A DNA stretch of 64,000 nt from the NCBI GenBank assembly GCA_965112735.1, contig OZ218950.1:2418001-2482000 (forward strand). Reading direction: 5' to 3'. Positions within the stretch are counted from its first letter, which is position 1; each line of letters opens with the position of its first letter. A program made the translations under genes and the position numbers. The notes beneath the pieces are model-generated. The model saw nothing but the letters and a program-made list of their open reading frames with translations. It had not been told where the DNA came from and did no database searches. Source of the stretch: Phaeosaccion multiseriatum (Eukaryota > Protista > Ochrophyta, other classes). Of the stretch, positions 11,325 to 25,900 are shown piece by piece.

Positions 11325-13935
11325 TCACGACAGCTTGCTCTTGAGCAATCCTGGCACTCCGCGGCCACCGTACTTGCCTCCATCGCGCAGCCTCTGCCCC
11401 ATGAGCGGCGGGCTGTAGGCGAAGAGCTCGGCCCGACTGCCGACCGTGCCGTGGGTGACAAAGGCGTAGGGGTGAAGGACTGCCCCTGCCTCCACTCTGC
11501 AGGGGGACATGACCAGCAGCCCGGTAGTACTGTCAGCACCAGCAGCTCCTGGGCGAAGCACGTGACCCCAGACTTCACTACCCATGTCAAGTATGGCACC
11601 CGCCTCCAGGGTGAGGAAGTCAAAGTCATGCACATCGGCGGCCAAAATCAATGCCTCGAGCGAGATATCCTTCGGCCGCGAGCACGACATTCGAACGTAC
11701 AGATTGTATAGCCATGTACCGCGAAATAAAGGCGACACAACGTAAAGCAGGAAGAAGTGGCGCAGCCTGGTCAGAAGGCGGAAGTACTGCGTCCGCGTGC
11801 TTCGAGAAATATTCTGTGAGGATATGCACGCTCCCGTGATTGGGTCTGCGCCACGGCTGAAGTCACCGACGAGCAGCCACTTGGAAGCCACCAAGAGAAG
11901 AGTGAGGGCAAGGGCTCCTGCACACCCGCACACGGCCCCGTACAGGGGCAGCATGGCCTCGAAGCTCATGCCCCGCTTCTTCCCCAAGCTTTGGTTTAGG
12001 TGCCTCCCCACCTCCACCACCACCACCAGAGTCCCAATATGGGTCGCCAGCATCAGCAGCGTGGCTCATGTCTCTCTGGCGACAAAGGCGGCCCAACGCT
12101 GGACGTCTCCGTTTGTGAGTGCGCCGGGTCCCGAGAGCGCAGCAGATGGGGCCGCATTCTCCCTCCCTCCACCCTCTACTGCGCCCTGCCCCCACGATGT
12201 CGACACGACTGTGTCCCCAGCTGCTACAGCGGTGAACATTTCAACGCCTTGCTGTGCCGGAATGGCAGCACCAGGCTCCATGACGCACATGTACCCGAGT
12301 AGCGCTTCGTCCCCAACGGTGCAGGTCCCTCGCACACGTGTTGGCCCCACGGCGCTGCCTGCAGTGGCACTACCAACGCTGGTACTGGCTCTTCTCAGCG
12401 GCTCATCGGTAGCGAATGCGGCATACGACGCGAAAGAATCATTTCCTGTGGAAGTATTTGGGGTAGATGGAAAAGGAAAAAAGGAGAGAGAAGGGATGAG
12501 AGACAAGTTACATCTTCGCATCATTACACGGGTCTTCGCTCCAAGCAACGCAGAGCATGGCGGAGAGCCGTGGTGGCAAAGCGCGGTACCAAGCACCCCC
12601 CCCTCCTCCCACATACACTCCGCTAGACCTGTCCTCCCTTCTTACCAAACGTAATGAGGTGGGCCGTCTCAGGATTGTACGCGCCATCACCAGAGTTGAT
12701 AGCCCCCCTTCCCATGCGCACACCCAGGGCCTTGCCCCACCAGTCGAAGAGGCGCCAGCGGGCGAACACGAGCACGTACCCCGACACTTGGCTGTGAAGC
12801 TTGCCAAGGTACCATCGACGAAGCGCCCTTCCAAAGTTGTCGGTGTACACGCCGGGTCGAAGCAGGTAGCTCGGCGCAATGACCCACTTGAGCAGGACCA
12901 GGTACAGGGCAAGCGTCAGGAGGGCCCCATACACTCTAAACACCGTGCTCATGACTCCTGCGTATCGAAAGTCTCTTGACACACCAAGGAAGGTGTACGC
13001 AACGGCGGGCATCCAGCTAAAGAGGGCCGCGAGCATGACAGAAGCCGTAATTAGCACCATACGCACCACGCCTTGCAGGAGTTGGAGGGCTTCCTCCGCC
13101 CATCCGTCACTGCCCTTTGCCAAGTGTCTCTCTCTGTCGGTCATCACAGCTCGTCCACCCCCCTCCTCCTCGGCGCTGGGGCGGCTCTGCTTCCTCTGCG
13201 CCGGGTTGCCCTCCCACACACCATCACCAGCAGGAATGCGCGTCAGGGGGTATACAACGGACAGGCGAGCGACCCGTGTGCCCTCGCCCACCTTCACCCC
13301 ACCGTACACCACAGCCCCCGCCTCCACCTCTGCGCCTGCACCCACAACAATGCTGCGAAAGACCATGCTTGACGGCGTGAAGGAGCGAGGACACAGCGAG
13401 CCATCCACCGAAGCGCCGGCCCCAATCGTGATGAGGTCAAACTCTCGGAGAAAGGTGGAGATGGAGCAGCGCCAGGAGACGTCGGCACCCAGCAGCTTGT
13501 AGAACAAAGTGATGCCCGGTGTTCCGAGGGTAAGAAAGCCACCAACCACTTCCCACACATTGATGCACGCATTCACGTACCACCAGCGGTGATAGTACGA
13601 TGCGTGAAGTGCGACGGTGCCCTCAAAATACGTCCCCACGACAAGCCACTTGACGCACAGGATGGAAGCGGAGTACGTCAGGAACCACAGGACGATGCTG
13701 AAGGAGACCAGAGGGCCCCAACCCACAACTCCACCTGGAGAGGCGTAAGATGACTCCGGATTGGCGAGATGACTCAAGTCCTTCCCTACCCACACCGAAG
13801 TCTCGATGTCAGAGTCCGTCTGGAGCCAGCGGAGGTAGCGGTAAGCTGGAATCATGCAAGCGAAGACCTGCGCCAAGAGTACCGCAATGAGTACCACTTG
13901 CGTCACCTTGAAGCCCACAGAGGACATCATCTTTG
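11325..13935 (-). other. Pls/PosA-like terminal domain: three repeats of TM helices + KWxxxG + left-handed beta-helix (hexapeptide) region
   Basis: Repeat 1 KWLVVG...RWW...GTPGITLFYKLLGADV...DLITIGAG...VGAGAEVEAGAVV. Repeat 2 KWVIAP...RRW...LGVRMGRG...LITFGND...VGDEALLG. Repeat 3 KWLLVG...RGTWLYNLY...DFLTLEAG...VEAGAVLHP. Confidence 0.8.
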
Positions 13936-16900
13936 CGCACAGCAACGGCTCCTGCTCCTCTATCACCCCCTCGTGAGCAGCTGCCCCTTCGCCGTGGCTC
14001 TGCCTTCCCTTTCCCCCACCGGTAACGAGGTCGCAATGCCGCTGCTCCACCACCAGTGTGGCGAGGCCCTCTGCGGTGGGGTTCTCAAGCACCTCCGCCA
14101 GCGGCAGCTCCTCCTGCAGCTCAAACTGGTCCTGGAGCGTGTTGACCAGCTGCACCACGGCCAGAGAGTCCATACCCAACTCCAGGAAGGAGACAGTACT
14201 GCTGATACTCGTATCCGTACCAACAGCTTGGAGCTGGGCCTCGAGGTCCGCCTCCTCCAGAGGAGAGACAGCCCGCCCTTCTCTCATCTGCTGCTGCTGC
14301 TGCCTCTCCATCTGGAAAATACGTGCAATCTCCAGGCAGGCATCCACCGCCTTCTCATGCACGTCTTCTTCGCTCTCGATCACCACTCGACCCCTGTGCG
14401 GAGAGTCCTTCGGCTGATAGCGACCAGAGTACATGAAAACCAACGGCGGCCTTGCAGTTGTCTTCTTCCCTTCAGTTCTGCCTTCACCCGCACTTCCCCC
14501 CGGTATCGCCGCTGCCAATGCTCCCCAATTACTCAAGATAACGTGAGCATTCGTTCCGCCCACGCCATACGAGTGCACCGCGGCGATGAGCGTGCCTGCC
14601 CGAGCTCGCGCTCCACCTCCATCCTCGCTGCTGCTGCTGCCCTTCCAGTCCACAGGAGTCTTGAAAGTAGTGAGCTGCGAGCAGAGGGCTATGCGCGACT
14701 GCTCAATGTAGCCGAGCTCTGGGGACAAGTGCTCTCCATGCAGATTGGGAGGTGTCTGCTGGTGCTGAAGGACCAAAATGGCCTTAATGAGCTGCCCCAG
14801 TCCCGACGCACCCTCCATATGCCCCACACTGGTCTTCACCGCACCCACGCAGAGTGGATATATCCGCTCCCCGGTATCGCGTTGCTCCTCCTCAGCGTAG
14901 ACCCCGTGCAGAGCGCCCATCTCAATGCTGTCGCCCAGCACCGTGCCCGTCCCGTGTGCCTCCACGTATCCCACCTCACACGCTCGACGACTTGCGTCTC
15001 TCAATGCCATACTCATCACCTCTCGCTGTGCCACGCCATTGGGGGCCGTCATCTGAGCGCTTTGCCCGTTGTGGTTGACTGCGCATCCTTCAATGACTGC
15101 CAGGATGTTGTCATGGTCCGCTTCCGCGTCCGAGAGACGCTTCAAAACGAGAGCTCCGCAGCCTTCCGCTCGGACATAACCATCAGCTCCGGCAGCAAAG
15201 GACGCCGTGCGACTGAGATGGATAGGAATCGATGGGGGGAAGACAAAAGGAAGCAATGAGAGAGAGAGTCGTCAAAAGCGGTGCCGCAACCAAGAAATCA
15301 ATCATATGCGCCACAAAGCTTCCGCTTACCCTTTCTTAGAGAGCAGACCAGCCTTCCGGAGGGTAACAAAGCCTTGGGGGTGAAGAAGTAAGTTCACCCC
15401 CCCCACCACGGCTGTCTTGCACTTGCCCAGTCTGAGCTTGTCGCACGCGGCCTCCAGCGCAACAAGCGAGCTCGAGCACGCAGTGTCCAGCGTTAAGCTT
15501 GGCCCCACGAGTCCAAGCCGATTGCTGATGCGTCCGGCCACCAGAGAGGTACTCGTTCCCCCGAGGGTGTACGCATCAGGCTTCTGTGTTCTGTCCGTCT
15601 GTACGGTCGCCCAGTCACTGCCGGATAGACCGATGAAGACGCCCGTGTCTGAACCCTTCATGGCATACTTGTCCTGTCTTTTGCCGTCATACTCCTCCCT
15701 CCCGGCGTCCCCTCGCGAAAAGCCTGCAAAGCCCGCCTCTGCAAGTGCTTCGTACGCTACTTGGAGCATCAACCGCTGATTCGGGTCCATGGTGCTGGCC
15801 TCGCGGGACGAAATGCCAAAGAGTTCATTATCGAAGCTCTCCAATTCATCATCCAAAAAGCCCCCGTGCAGCCCTAAAGTCTCCTCGCCCCACCCCTCGA
15901 AGGGGAGCCGAGTGGCACAGTCCACTCCATCGACAAGATTCCCCCAGAAAGCGGCAGGGTTGTCTGCGCCGCCCGGGAAGCGACAAGCCATGCCCACCAC
16001 CGCCAGCCCACGACGGCGGCGCTGACTCTCTGCCGTGAGCTCTCCTCGCGCTTGGTGGAGAGACTGCTCCTCTTCGAGCTCCGCATAGACTCGCTGCTGC
16101 GGTGCCCCTTCTTTGCTGCCATCATGCCCAGCAACTCCGTGAGACAGTACTTCATCTTCGACCCATTCCGCCAATGCTGCCACCGTTGGATACGAGAAGA
16201 GTACGTCGCTGGTCACATTCACTCCAAAGCGAGACTGCAGCCGGCCGCGCAGCTCCGCCGTTGCCAAAGAGTCAAGGCCTGCCTCCATCAGCGGGGTGGT
16301 GTCGGTCAGCTCTTCGGCACCCTCCCCAATCAGCTCCTTGGCTATATCCATCACCGCAAGGCTCACCATACGTTTCCGGTCTTCGGCGGACAGCTCCAAC
16401 AGCTCCTCGCGCACTTCATTGTTGAGTGCGGTGTTGCTGGACGCGCCTGCTGCTGTTGAGACAAGCCCTGACAGAAGGAACGAGCCGCGGGACGCACCCA
16501 AGCTGTCTGCAAACTTGCTCCAGTCCATGCCAGGCAGAACGGCATAATCGCCCAAATGCGCTGACGACATCGCAGCGGCATCTAAAGCAGCCATGCCCAG
16601 CTCAGCTGACACCGTGCCCACACCAGCCAGCTCCAACTGTTTTTGAACGATATCGAGCTGGGCGGCCATACCAACGTCAGCCCACGGCCCCCACTGCAAT
16701 GACGTCCCTGCGAGCCCGAGGTGTCGCCTGTGCCGCATCAGCCCGTCCACAGCCGCATTCCCTGCAGCGTAGTTGGCCTGTCCAGCGTTACCCAGTACTC
16801 CGGCCATGGATGTGAAGCAAAAGAAGAAGTCAAGGCCAGGAGCGCGCCCATCCTCCTTCGCCCAAGCCAACGAAAGCTCGTGCAAGTTTATCGCCCCCTG

Positions 16901-19900
16901 CACCTTCGGTCGGAAGACGTTCGTCACGCTCTCCACCGTTTGCTCTCCCAGCAGCTTATCATCCAGCACCCCGGCAGCATGCACCACACCGCGAACAGGG
17001 GGTAGCAGAGGCAGCACGCCCCCCAGGCATGTCCGAAGTGCCTCAGCATCAGCAACATCACAAGCAGGAGTATGGGTGGTCAGCTCCACCTTATTCTGAA
17101 GCTGCTGCCACTGTTCTGTCATGCTTTCGGCGACCTTCCCACTCCTCGACAGCAGCACAAGGTGACGAGCGCCCCTCGACGCGAGATGCTGGGCCGTCAC
17201 GAGGCCGAGAGCCCCCAGACCGCCGCTGATGACGTACGTGCCATCCGACACGACTGGCACACCGTACGAGGGGTTGGTCAGCACCACCTTGCCGATGTGC
17301 TTCGCTTGGCTCATGTATAGCATGGCCTTCTGAGTATCCTCCCTCATGTCAAAGGTTATGGTCGGTAACGGCTTCACATTGCCAGACATGCACTCTTTAG
17401 CCAGATGCTGCAGCTCGTCGCTTATCCAGCCCGGCTCACCCGCCGAAAAGTCGAAGTCGATAATGGCGTCCACGGCGACGAGGTTGTACCTCACATCGGA
17501 CCGGGCGGTGTGCATCTGCTCGTGACTCCATACACCTCTCTTCCCAATCTCCACGAATGTACCACCCTCTGTCAGCATGGCAAGCGAGAAGGGAATGTAG
17601 TCTTCACTCAGTGAGTTGAGCACCACGTCCACCTTCATCTCACTCATGGACTGCTTGAACGCCTCCGCGTCTCTCGATGACGCAATGTGCTGCACTCCCA
17701 AGCTCCGGAGGAAATCATGCTTCACAGCAGCACCGGCAGTAGCGTACACGTCTGCGCCCACCCGCTGAGCATACTGCACGGCGGCAAGGCCCACACCACC
17801 CGACGCGGCGTGAATCAACACCTTCTCTCCAGCCCTAAGGTCGTGGAAGGCCTTCGCTACCGTCAAGCACACGGTGGGAAGTGCAGCGGCCTGCTCGAAG
17901 CTCAGCACCGCCGGCATCACGGCCAGACACACATCACTCGTCGTCACATGACTGCGCAAACATCCCGCATCGCCAAAGCCAAACACTGCATCGCCGACAC
18001 GGAAGCGCGAGCTTCCTCCCACACTGATCACCTGCCCGGCGAACTCGGAGCAGGGATCTCCAGGATCGCCAGGGTACATGTCCAGCACATTCAGCACGTC
18101 CCGGAAGTTAAGGCCAACAGCCCTTACTGCCACCTTTACGGAGCTGCCAGCTGGGTCACGGGGTTGATGTTTGCCATGGTCCACATCATCACGAAGGGCG
18201 AAAGCACCGGCAATGCTGCCTCTTGCCTTCAAATCTAGTGAGAAGGGAAGCTGCAGGGGCTGACGTACAAGCTGAGGAGCCCAGCACTGTCCGTCGCGTA
18301 CCCACACATCTTCTGTGGCAGTAGGGAAGGCCAAGCCTAAGGCAAGCTCGCTGTCTTGGGCCTTCTTGCCGCTGAGGTCCACCACGCCGATCTGCAGGGA
18401 GGGGTGCTCCACTCTCGCAGTCCGCACCAGCCCGGTCACCCAGCTGTCACGCCAGTCCTCGCCGCTTTGGACGCCTCTAGTCAAAACCGTCAGCGGCACC
18501 CTTGATGCAGTGGACAGGCTCCTGAGTAGAGCCATCAGGGCGTAGGCCGCTCGTGCTTGCGTGCTTCCTTCTGCGTCTTCTTCGCCAGCTCCGGGTACCA
18601 GCACGTACAATACGCGAGCCCACTCGTCCTGTCCAAGAAAAAGAGTACCATCATCCCAGGAGGCGTCCTTCCGCCCATATCGAGTGTGTACGTAAACGTT
18701 CTCCGGAACACAGCGCAGCACTGCAGCAATGATTGAAATCTCTTCCTCCCTTTCGTCCTGTGGAATAACCACGAGCCACTGACGCGCCGCCGCCTCAGCA
18801 GGGTCAGTATCACTACCAGGGGCCTCCTCTTGTGTAGACGACTCAGCGGTCTGCCATTCAAGCGTGTACATCGCCCGATGAAGAGGATTGGGGCGCGCAA
18901 AGCCTCTCGCCCGCTGCACGCGGAAGCCCCGCATCTCCACGAGCACCTCTTTGCTGTCGAAGTCTGCAATGCGGATGTCAAACTTGACGCTGTCCACCAC
19001 TGACTGGCCCTCACTCAGCTTCGTGTGCACCCACACGTTCTTTCCCGCCATGGAGGCGGAAACAACCACTTCGTCAAAGCCTGCAGGTAGGAATGGAGAT
19101 TCCCCCCCCTCCTTGAGCAGCTTCCTTGGCAGCGCTTGCATGATGGTATGAGTAGCATTGTCCAGCACCGCGGGGTGCAGAGCAAAGCCCTTCATCTCCC
19201 ACGGCTCGCACAGCTCCTCATCCAGGGCACACACGATCGACAGAACCTCTCCGTCCCCTCCGTACATGTGGCGGGTCCGCTGAAAGCGGGGGCCGTACTG
19301 GAAGCCGGCGTCTGCGAAAGACTTGTAGAGCTCACTCGATACGTCCTGCTCGCCAACTCTAGCTCGAATGGATTCCACGTGCAAATAAGCTCGCGCCGTG
19401 CTACGCTCCATGACAGACACGTACTTCATTCTTGCCGTGGTGCCCTTGTCGCCCGTGGCACCTCCGAAGAACTGCATGCTTCCATCTGCCGCGTGAAGGG
19501 CACTCATCCCGGCACAGACCATTGTATGGCGGCTTTGAGCTTGGTCCATGCCCGCCTGTTGGAAACCCTCAATCTCCAGTGGGACCACAAGGCTGGCTCC
19601 GTGCAGGACTACCTGCTGCTCCACTCCGAGCTGTCTTCCTCCTAGAGCAGCCACGACGCCCACTTCAATGTACGTCACCCCCGGAATGATCACCATATTG
19701 TTGACGGCATGGTCCTTGAGAAGGTCCTTGAGATGAGGGGAGAAGGGGCTGGGGAGGCGCATTCCGTCTCTCTCCTGGACCATCTCACCACTGGGCATAA
19801 AAGCAAGCGGAGGCTTGTACCAAGGAAATGATCGGCGAGTCGGATAAAGCTCAAGATGCTCCGGCCCCGCTACTCTGCCCAGGGCTGCTCCAAACGAATC

Positions 19901-22900
19901 CTCGGAGTTCTGCCCTCGCGAGAGGGAGGAGATCCACGCCAGCCCCTCGCGACGCTCGCACTTGGCTCCCATGCTGCTCAGCACAGGGTTGGGGCCCACC
20001 TCAACGATGCTCAGGTCAGCCCCCCTCCCGTCTCCCATCCAGTGCTCCACCAGCGTGTGGATGCCTTCTGCGAACAGCACTGGCGACAGCATGTGCTGCA
20101 CCCAATACGTCACCTGCGTCACCTCCTCCCCTCTCACCACCTCACCTGTCACGTTGGACACCAGGGGAATGCGTGGGGCGCTGAACGACACCTGCCTCAG
20201 AACCTCCTCCAGCGCACGTACAGCGGGCTGCATCAGAGGAGAGTGGAAGGCGTGCGACACCTCCAGGGCCTTGCAGCCCACCCCATCTGCCGTGAGCCTC
20301 TCCACCACCTTGTCCATAGCACTGCGCGCTCCAGAGATCACGCTCGCGCTCGGTCCATTCGACGACGCCAGCACCACCTCGCTTGCCAGCCCCGCAGCTT
20401 CGATGCTTGCCAAAGTCGCCCCCTTGCCTGCCCTCACTGCGAACATCACTCCATCGCCCTCGGGGCAGGCCTGCATGGCGGCTCCTCTCTTGGCGGACAG
20501 CATCAGCCCGTCCTCCAGCGACATGACGCCGGCTACGCACGCCGCCACTACCTCGCCCAGGCTGTGGCCCATCACCATGAAGGGCTCCACGCCCTCCGAC
20601 TTCCACCGCTCACACAGGGCGTACTCCAGCACAAACAGGCACGGCTGGCAGTAGCGTGTCTCCTTCAGCAGCGCTTGTGCAGTCTCCTCTCCCTCAGCTG
20701 TAGGGTACATGAGCTCCACCGCAGACTTGTCCAGCCAGGCCCGCTCCATGAGCAGCCTACTGCACCGCTGCACGCACTCGCGGAACACGCCCTCCTTCTC
20801 GTACAGCTCTCTGCCCATGCCCACGTACTGCGAACCCTGTCCGGTGAACAAAAACGTCACCGGTGAACTCTTCTTGCCTTGCTGTCCATCCAGCTGCAGC
20901 AAGGCTTCGCTCTCGCTCTCCTCTACCATCGTCTGTCTGAAACTGCTGAGCACCGCATGGACGTTGGCTCCTCCCGCGCCGAAGGAGCTGACAGCAGCAG
21001 TGCGCCTCTCTCCGTCCCTGGCACTCAGTGGCACCATCGTAGACGGCAAATTCACCGGAAAGCCATCCAAACGAAGCTCCGGATTGAGCTTCCTCATGTG
21101 GAGATTGGGGGGAGCAGATCCGTGCTGAAGGACCAGCAGAGCTTTGATGAGGCCAGCGATTCCGGACGCACCCTCTAGATGCCCGATGTTGGTCTTCACC
21201 GCCCCAACCACCAGGGGCCGAGCTTCCTCGCGGCCATGGCCATACACGGCCCTCAAAGCACTCATCTCGATGGGGTCGCCGAGAGAAGTACCGGTGCCGT
21301 GCGCCTCCACGTAATCAACCTCATGACCGTTCAAGCCGGCCTCCACCAGTGCCTGCTCCATCAGACGCTGCTGAGCAGATGGGCTCGGGGCAGTGTAGCG
21401 CAAACTTCTCCCGTTGTGGTTCGCAGCGCAGCCATTGACGACAGCGAGGATGTGGTCGCCATCGGCCTGTGCATCGTCCAGTCGCTTCAGCACCACGGCG
21501 CCGCAACCCTCACCTCGAACATAACCGTTGGCCGCAGCGTCGAACGTCTTGCAGCGCCTGACCATGAGGATTTGAGGGTTTGCAAAAGTGAAGAACAGAG
21601 AAGAGGAAACCCATCAGCAACAGGGGCCTTTCAGACAGCTTGCGCCTTTTGATCTTGCTCTCATACCGGCCCCAAGAACAAGCTCCCACCCACACAAAAG
21701 AGACACGCACTTACCAGTCAAGACTCAGGAAACCTCCTTCGGCGAGGGTCTCGAACGTCTGTGTACCCAGCAGCAAGTTGACGCCTCCCACCAAGGCGAT
21801 GTCACACTTGCCCAGTCGCAAGCTGCTGCAGGCCCCCTCCAGTGCCACCAAAGACGACGAGCACGCCGTGTCGACACTCATGCTCGGCCCTCCGAGGCCC
21901 AGCACGTAAGACATCCGATTTGCCGGACTCGCATTGGACATGCCCATGACGGAGTACGCACCCTTGTTCGCATCGTCAACCACTGAGCCCCACTCGCTGC
22001 CGGACATACCCACGAACACACCGGTGTTGCTGCCATGTAGTGTATCCTTGCGGTATCCCGCCCTGTGCAGCGCCTCGTACCCCACCTCCAGCATGACGCG
22101 CTGATGAGGGTCCATGGCACCCGCTTCGGCCGCAGAGATGCCGAAGAAGGTGTTGTCAAAAGCCTCCACTCCATCAATAAAGCCCCCTTGCCACTGCTTC
22201 TGACCCTCATCGGCCCAGCGACCAACAGGGCTGGCTCCAATACAGTCTGTCCCTGCACAGAGCATAGCCCAGAAGTCCTCGGGGTTCTTAACCCCTCCAG
22301 GGAAGCGACAGGCGATCCCCACGACGGCCAACGGCGCCCTTGAGTCAGTGCGGTGCGCTTCAGCCTCGATCGCCGCAGAGCGACTGCTAGAGGGTTCCTC
22401 TACCTCGCCAAGCACCTCCGCTTCGATCCACACTGCCAGCGCCGCTACCGTGGGATAAGCGAAGAGCACGTCAGTGGTCACAACAGCCCCGAAGCGAGCC
22501 TGTAGCCGGCCGCGCAGCTCCACTGTTGACAAAGAGTCAAGACCTGCTTCCATCAAAGGCGTGTTCGCGTCCAGCTCTTCGGCACCCTCTCCAAGTAGAT
22601 CCTTGGCGATATCAAGCACCGCCAATCGCACTGATTGCTGTCGCTCGCCAGGGGGCAGTCTCAAGAGCACCTCGCGCACTTCATTGTTTAGTGCGGTGTT
22701 GCTGGACGCGCCTGCTGCTGTTGAGACAAGCCCTGACAGCAGGAACGAGCCGCGGGACGCACCCAAGCTGTCTGCAAACTTGCTCCAGTCCATGCCAGGC
22801 AGAACGGCATAATCGCCCAAATGCGCTGACGACATCGCAGTGGCATCTAAGGCAGCCATGCCCAGCTCAGCTGACACCGTGCCCACACCAGCCAGCTCCA

Positions 22901-25900
22901 ACTGTTTTTGAACGATATCGAGCTGGGCGGCCATACCCACGTCAGCCCACGGCCCCCACTGCAATGACGTCCCTGCGAGCCCGAGGTGTCGCCTGTGCCG
23001 CATCAGCCCGTCCACAGCCGCATTCGCTGCAGCGTAGTTGGCCTGTCCAGCGTTGCCCAGTACTCCGGCCATGGATGTGAAGCAAAAGAAGAAGTCAAGG
23101 CCAGGAGCGCGCCCATCCTCCTTCGCCCAAGCCAACGAAAGCTCGTGCAAGTTTATCGCCCCCTGCACCTTCGGTCGGAAGACGTTCGTCACGCTCTCCA
23201 CCGTTTGCTCTCCCAGCAGCTTATCATCCAGCACCCCGGCAGCATGCACCACACCGCGCACAGGGGGTAGCAGAGGCAGCACGCCCCCCAGGCATGTCCG
23301 AAGTGCCTCAGCATCAGCAACATCACAAGTAGAAGTATGGGTGGTCAGCTCCACCTTATTCTGAAGCTGCTGCCACTGTTCTGTCATGCTTTCGGCGACC
23401 TTCCCACTCCTCGACAGCAGCACAAGGTGACGAGCGCCCCTCGACGCGAGGTGCTGGGCCGTCACGAGGCCGAGAGCCCCCAGACCGCCGCTGATGACGT
23501 ACGTGCCATCGGACACCACTTGCACACCGTACGAGGGGTTGGTCAGCACCACCTTGCCGATGTGCTTCGCTTGGCTCATGTATAGCATGGCCTTCTGAGT
23601 ATCCTCCCTCATGTCAAAGGGTATGGTCGGTAACGGCTTCACATTGCCAGACATGCACTCTTTAGCCAGATGCTGCAGCTCGTCGCTTATCCAGCCCGGC
23701 TCACCCGCCGAAAAGTCGAAGTCGATAATGGCGTCCACGGCGACGAGGTTGTACCTCACATCGGACCGGGCGGTGTGCATCTGCTCGTGACTCCATACAC
23801 CTCTCTTCCCAATCTCCACGAATCTGCCTCCCTCTGTCAGCATGTCCAATGAGAAGGGAATGTAATCCTCGCTCAGTGAGTTGAGCACCACATCCACCTT
23901 CATCTCACCCATGGACTGCTTGAATGCCTCTGCGTCTCTTGAAGACGCAATGTGCTGCACTCCCAAGCTCCGGAGGAAGTCATGCTTCACAGCAGCACCG
24001 GCAGTAGCGTACACCTCCGCGCCCACCCGCTGAGCATACTGCACGGCGGCAAGGCCCACACCGCCCGATGCGGCATGAATCAACACCTTCTCTCCAGCCT
24101 TGAGGTCGTGGAAGGCCTTCGCTACCGTCAAGCACACGGTGGGAAGTGCAGCGGCCTGCTCGAAGCTCAGCACGGCCGGCATCACGGCCAGACACACATC
24201 ACTCGTCGTCACATGACTGCGCAAACATCCCGCATCGCCAAAGCCAAACACTGCATCGCCGACACGGAAGCGCGAACTTCCTCCCACACTGATCACCTGC
24301 CCGGCGAACTCGGAGCAGGGATCTCCAGGATCGCCAGGGTACATGTCCAGCACATTCAGCACGTCCCGGAAGTTAAGGCCAACAGCCCTTACTGCCACCT
24401 TTACGGAGCTGCCAGCTGGGTCACGGGGTTGATGTTTGCCATGGTCCACATCATCACGAAGGGCGAAAGCACCGGCAATGCTGCCTCTTGCCTTCAAATC
24501 TAGTGAGAAGGGAAGCTGCAGGGGCTGACGTACAAGCTGAGGAGCCCAGCACTGTCCGTCGCGTACCCACACATCTTCTGTGGCAGTAGGGAAGGCCAAG
24601 CCTAAGGCAAGCTCGCTGTCTTGGGCCTTCTTGCCGCTGAGGTCCACCACGCCGATCTGCAGGGAGGGGTGCTCCACTCTCGCAGTCCGCACCAGCCCGG
24701 TCACCCAGCTGTCACGCCAGTCCTCGCCGCTTTGGACGCCTCTAGTCAAAACCGTCAGCGGCACCCTTGATGCAGTACACAGGCTCCTGAGTAGAGCCAT
24801 CAGGGCGTAGGCCGCTCGTGCTTGCGTGCTTCCTTCTGCGTCTTCTTCGCCAGCTCCGGGTATCAGCACGTACAAGACGCGAGCCCACTCGTCCTCTCCA
24901 AAAAGAAGAGTACCATCATCCCAGGAGGCGTCCATCCTCCCAAATCGAGTGTGTACGTAAACGTTCTCCGGAACACAGCGCCGCACTGCAGCAATGATTG
25001 CACTCTCTCCCTGCCTCTCGTCCTGTGGAATGACCACGAGCCACTTCTGACGCGTCGCCTCAGTATCATGATGAGGTCGCTGTGCAGGCACGGCTGCCTC
25101 AGTGGGCTGCCATTCCAGCGTGTACACCACGCGACGAAGCGGATTGGAGTGCGCAAATCCTCTCGCCCTCTGCACACGGAAGCCTTGCATGTCGACAAGA
25201 ACCTGCCTGCTCTCAAAGTCGGCGACCTTGATTTGAAACTTGATGCAGTTGCCCCCTGTCTCCACTTCAGCGAGCGTCGTGTGCACCCATACCTTTGCTC
25301 CTGTTATGCCACCAAAGACGTCCACCTCGTCGAAGCCTACAGGCAGGAATGGAGCACCGCCCCTCGTTCCCAACAACTGGCGTGGTATTGCTTGCAGAAC
25401 CGAGTGAGTCGCATTGTCGAGCACCGCAGGGTGCAGAGCAAAGCCCGTCGCCTCCCAAGGCTCACACAGTTCCGAGTCGAGAGCGCGCACGACCGATAGC
25501 ACCTCTCCGTCATTGGCGAACATCTGTACATTCCGCTCAAAGCGAGGGCCATAGTTGAAGTTGGCATCCGCCATTGCCTCGTACAGGCCATGGGCCAAGT
25601 CCACAGTCCCTACCCGCCCCTTGATTCCCTCTATATCGAGCATGTCACGCGGCTCGGTTCGCTCCATGACAGACACGTGCTCCATCCTCGCGGTCGTTCC
25701 CTTGTCACCCATAGCACCTCCGAAAAACTGCATACTTCCATCTCTCGCGTGCAGAGCACTCAAGCCGTAACATACAATGGTATTGCGGCTTTGAGCCTGG
25801 TCCGTGCCGGCCTGTTGGAAACCCTCAATCTCCAGTGGAACAACAAAGCTGGCTCCGCGCAGGACTATCTGCTGCTCCACCCCGAGCTGTCTTCCTCCTA

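Noticed and set aside
12066-12068. TGA as selenocysteine or an alternative genetic code
   Set aside because: No SECIS element recognised, and TGA serves as a normal terminal stop in this window (PKS, CAX).
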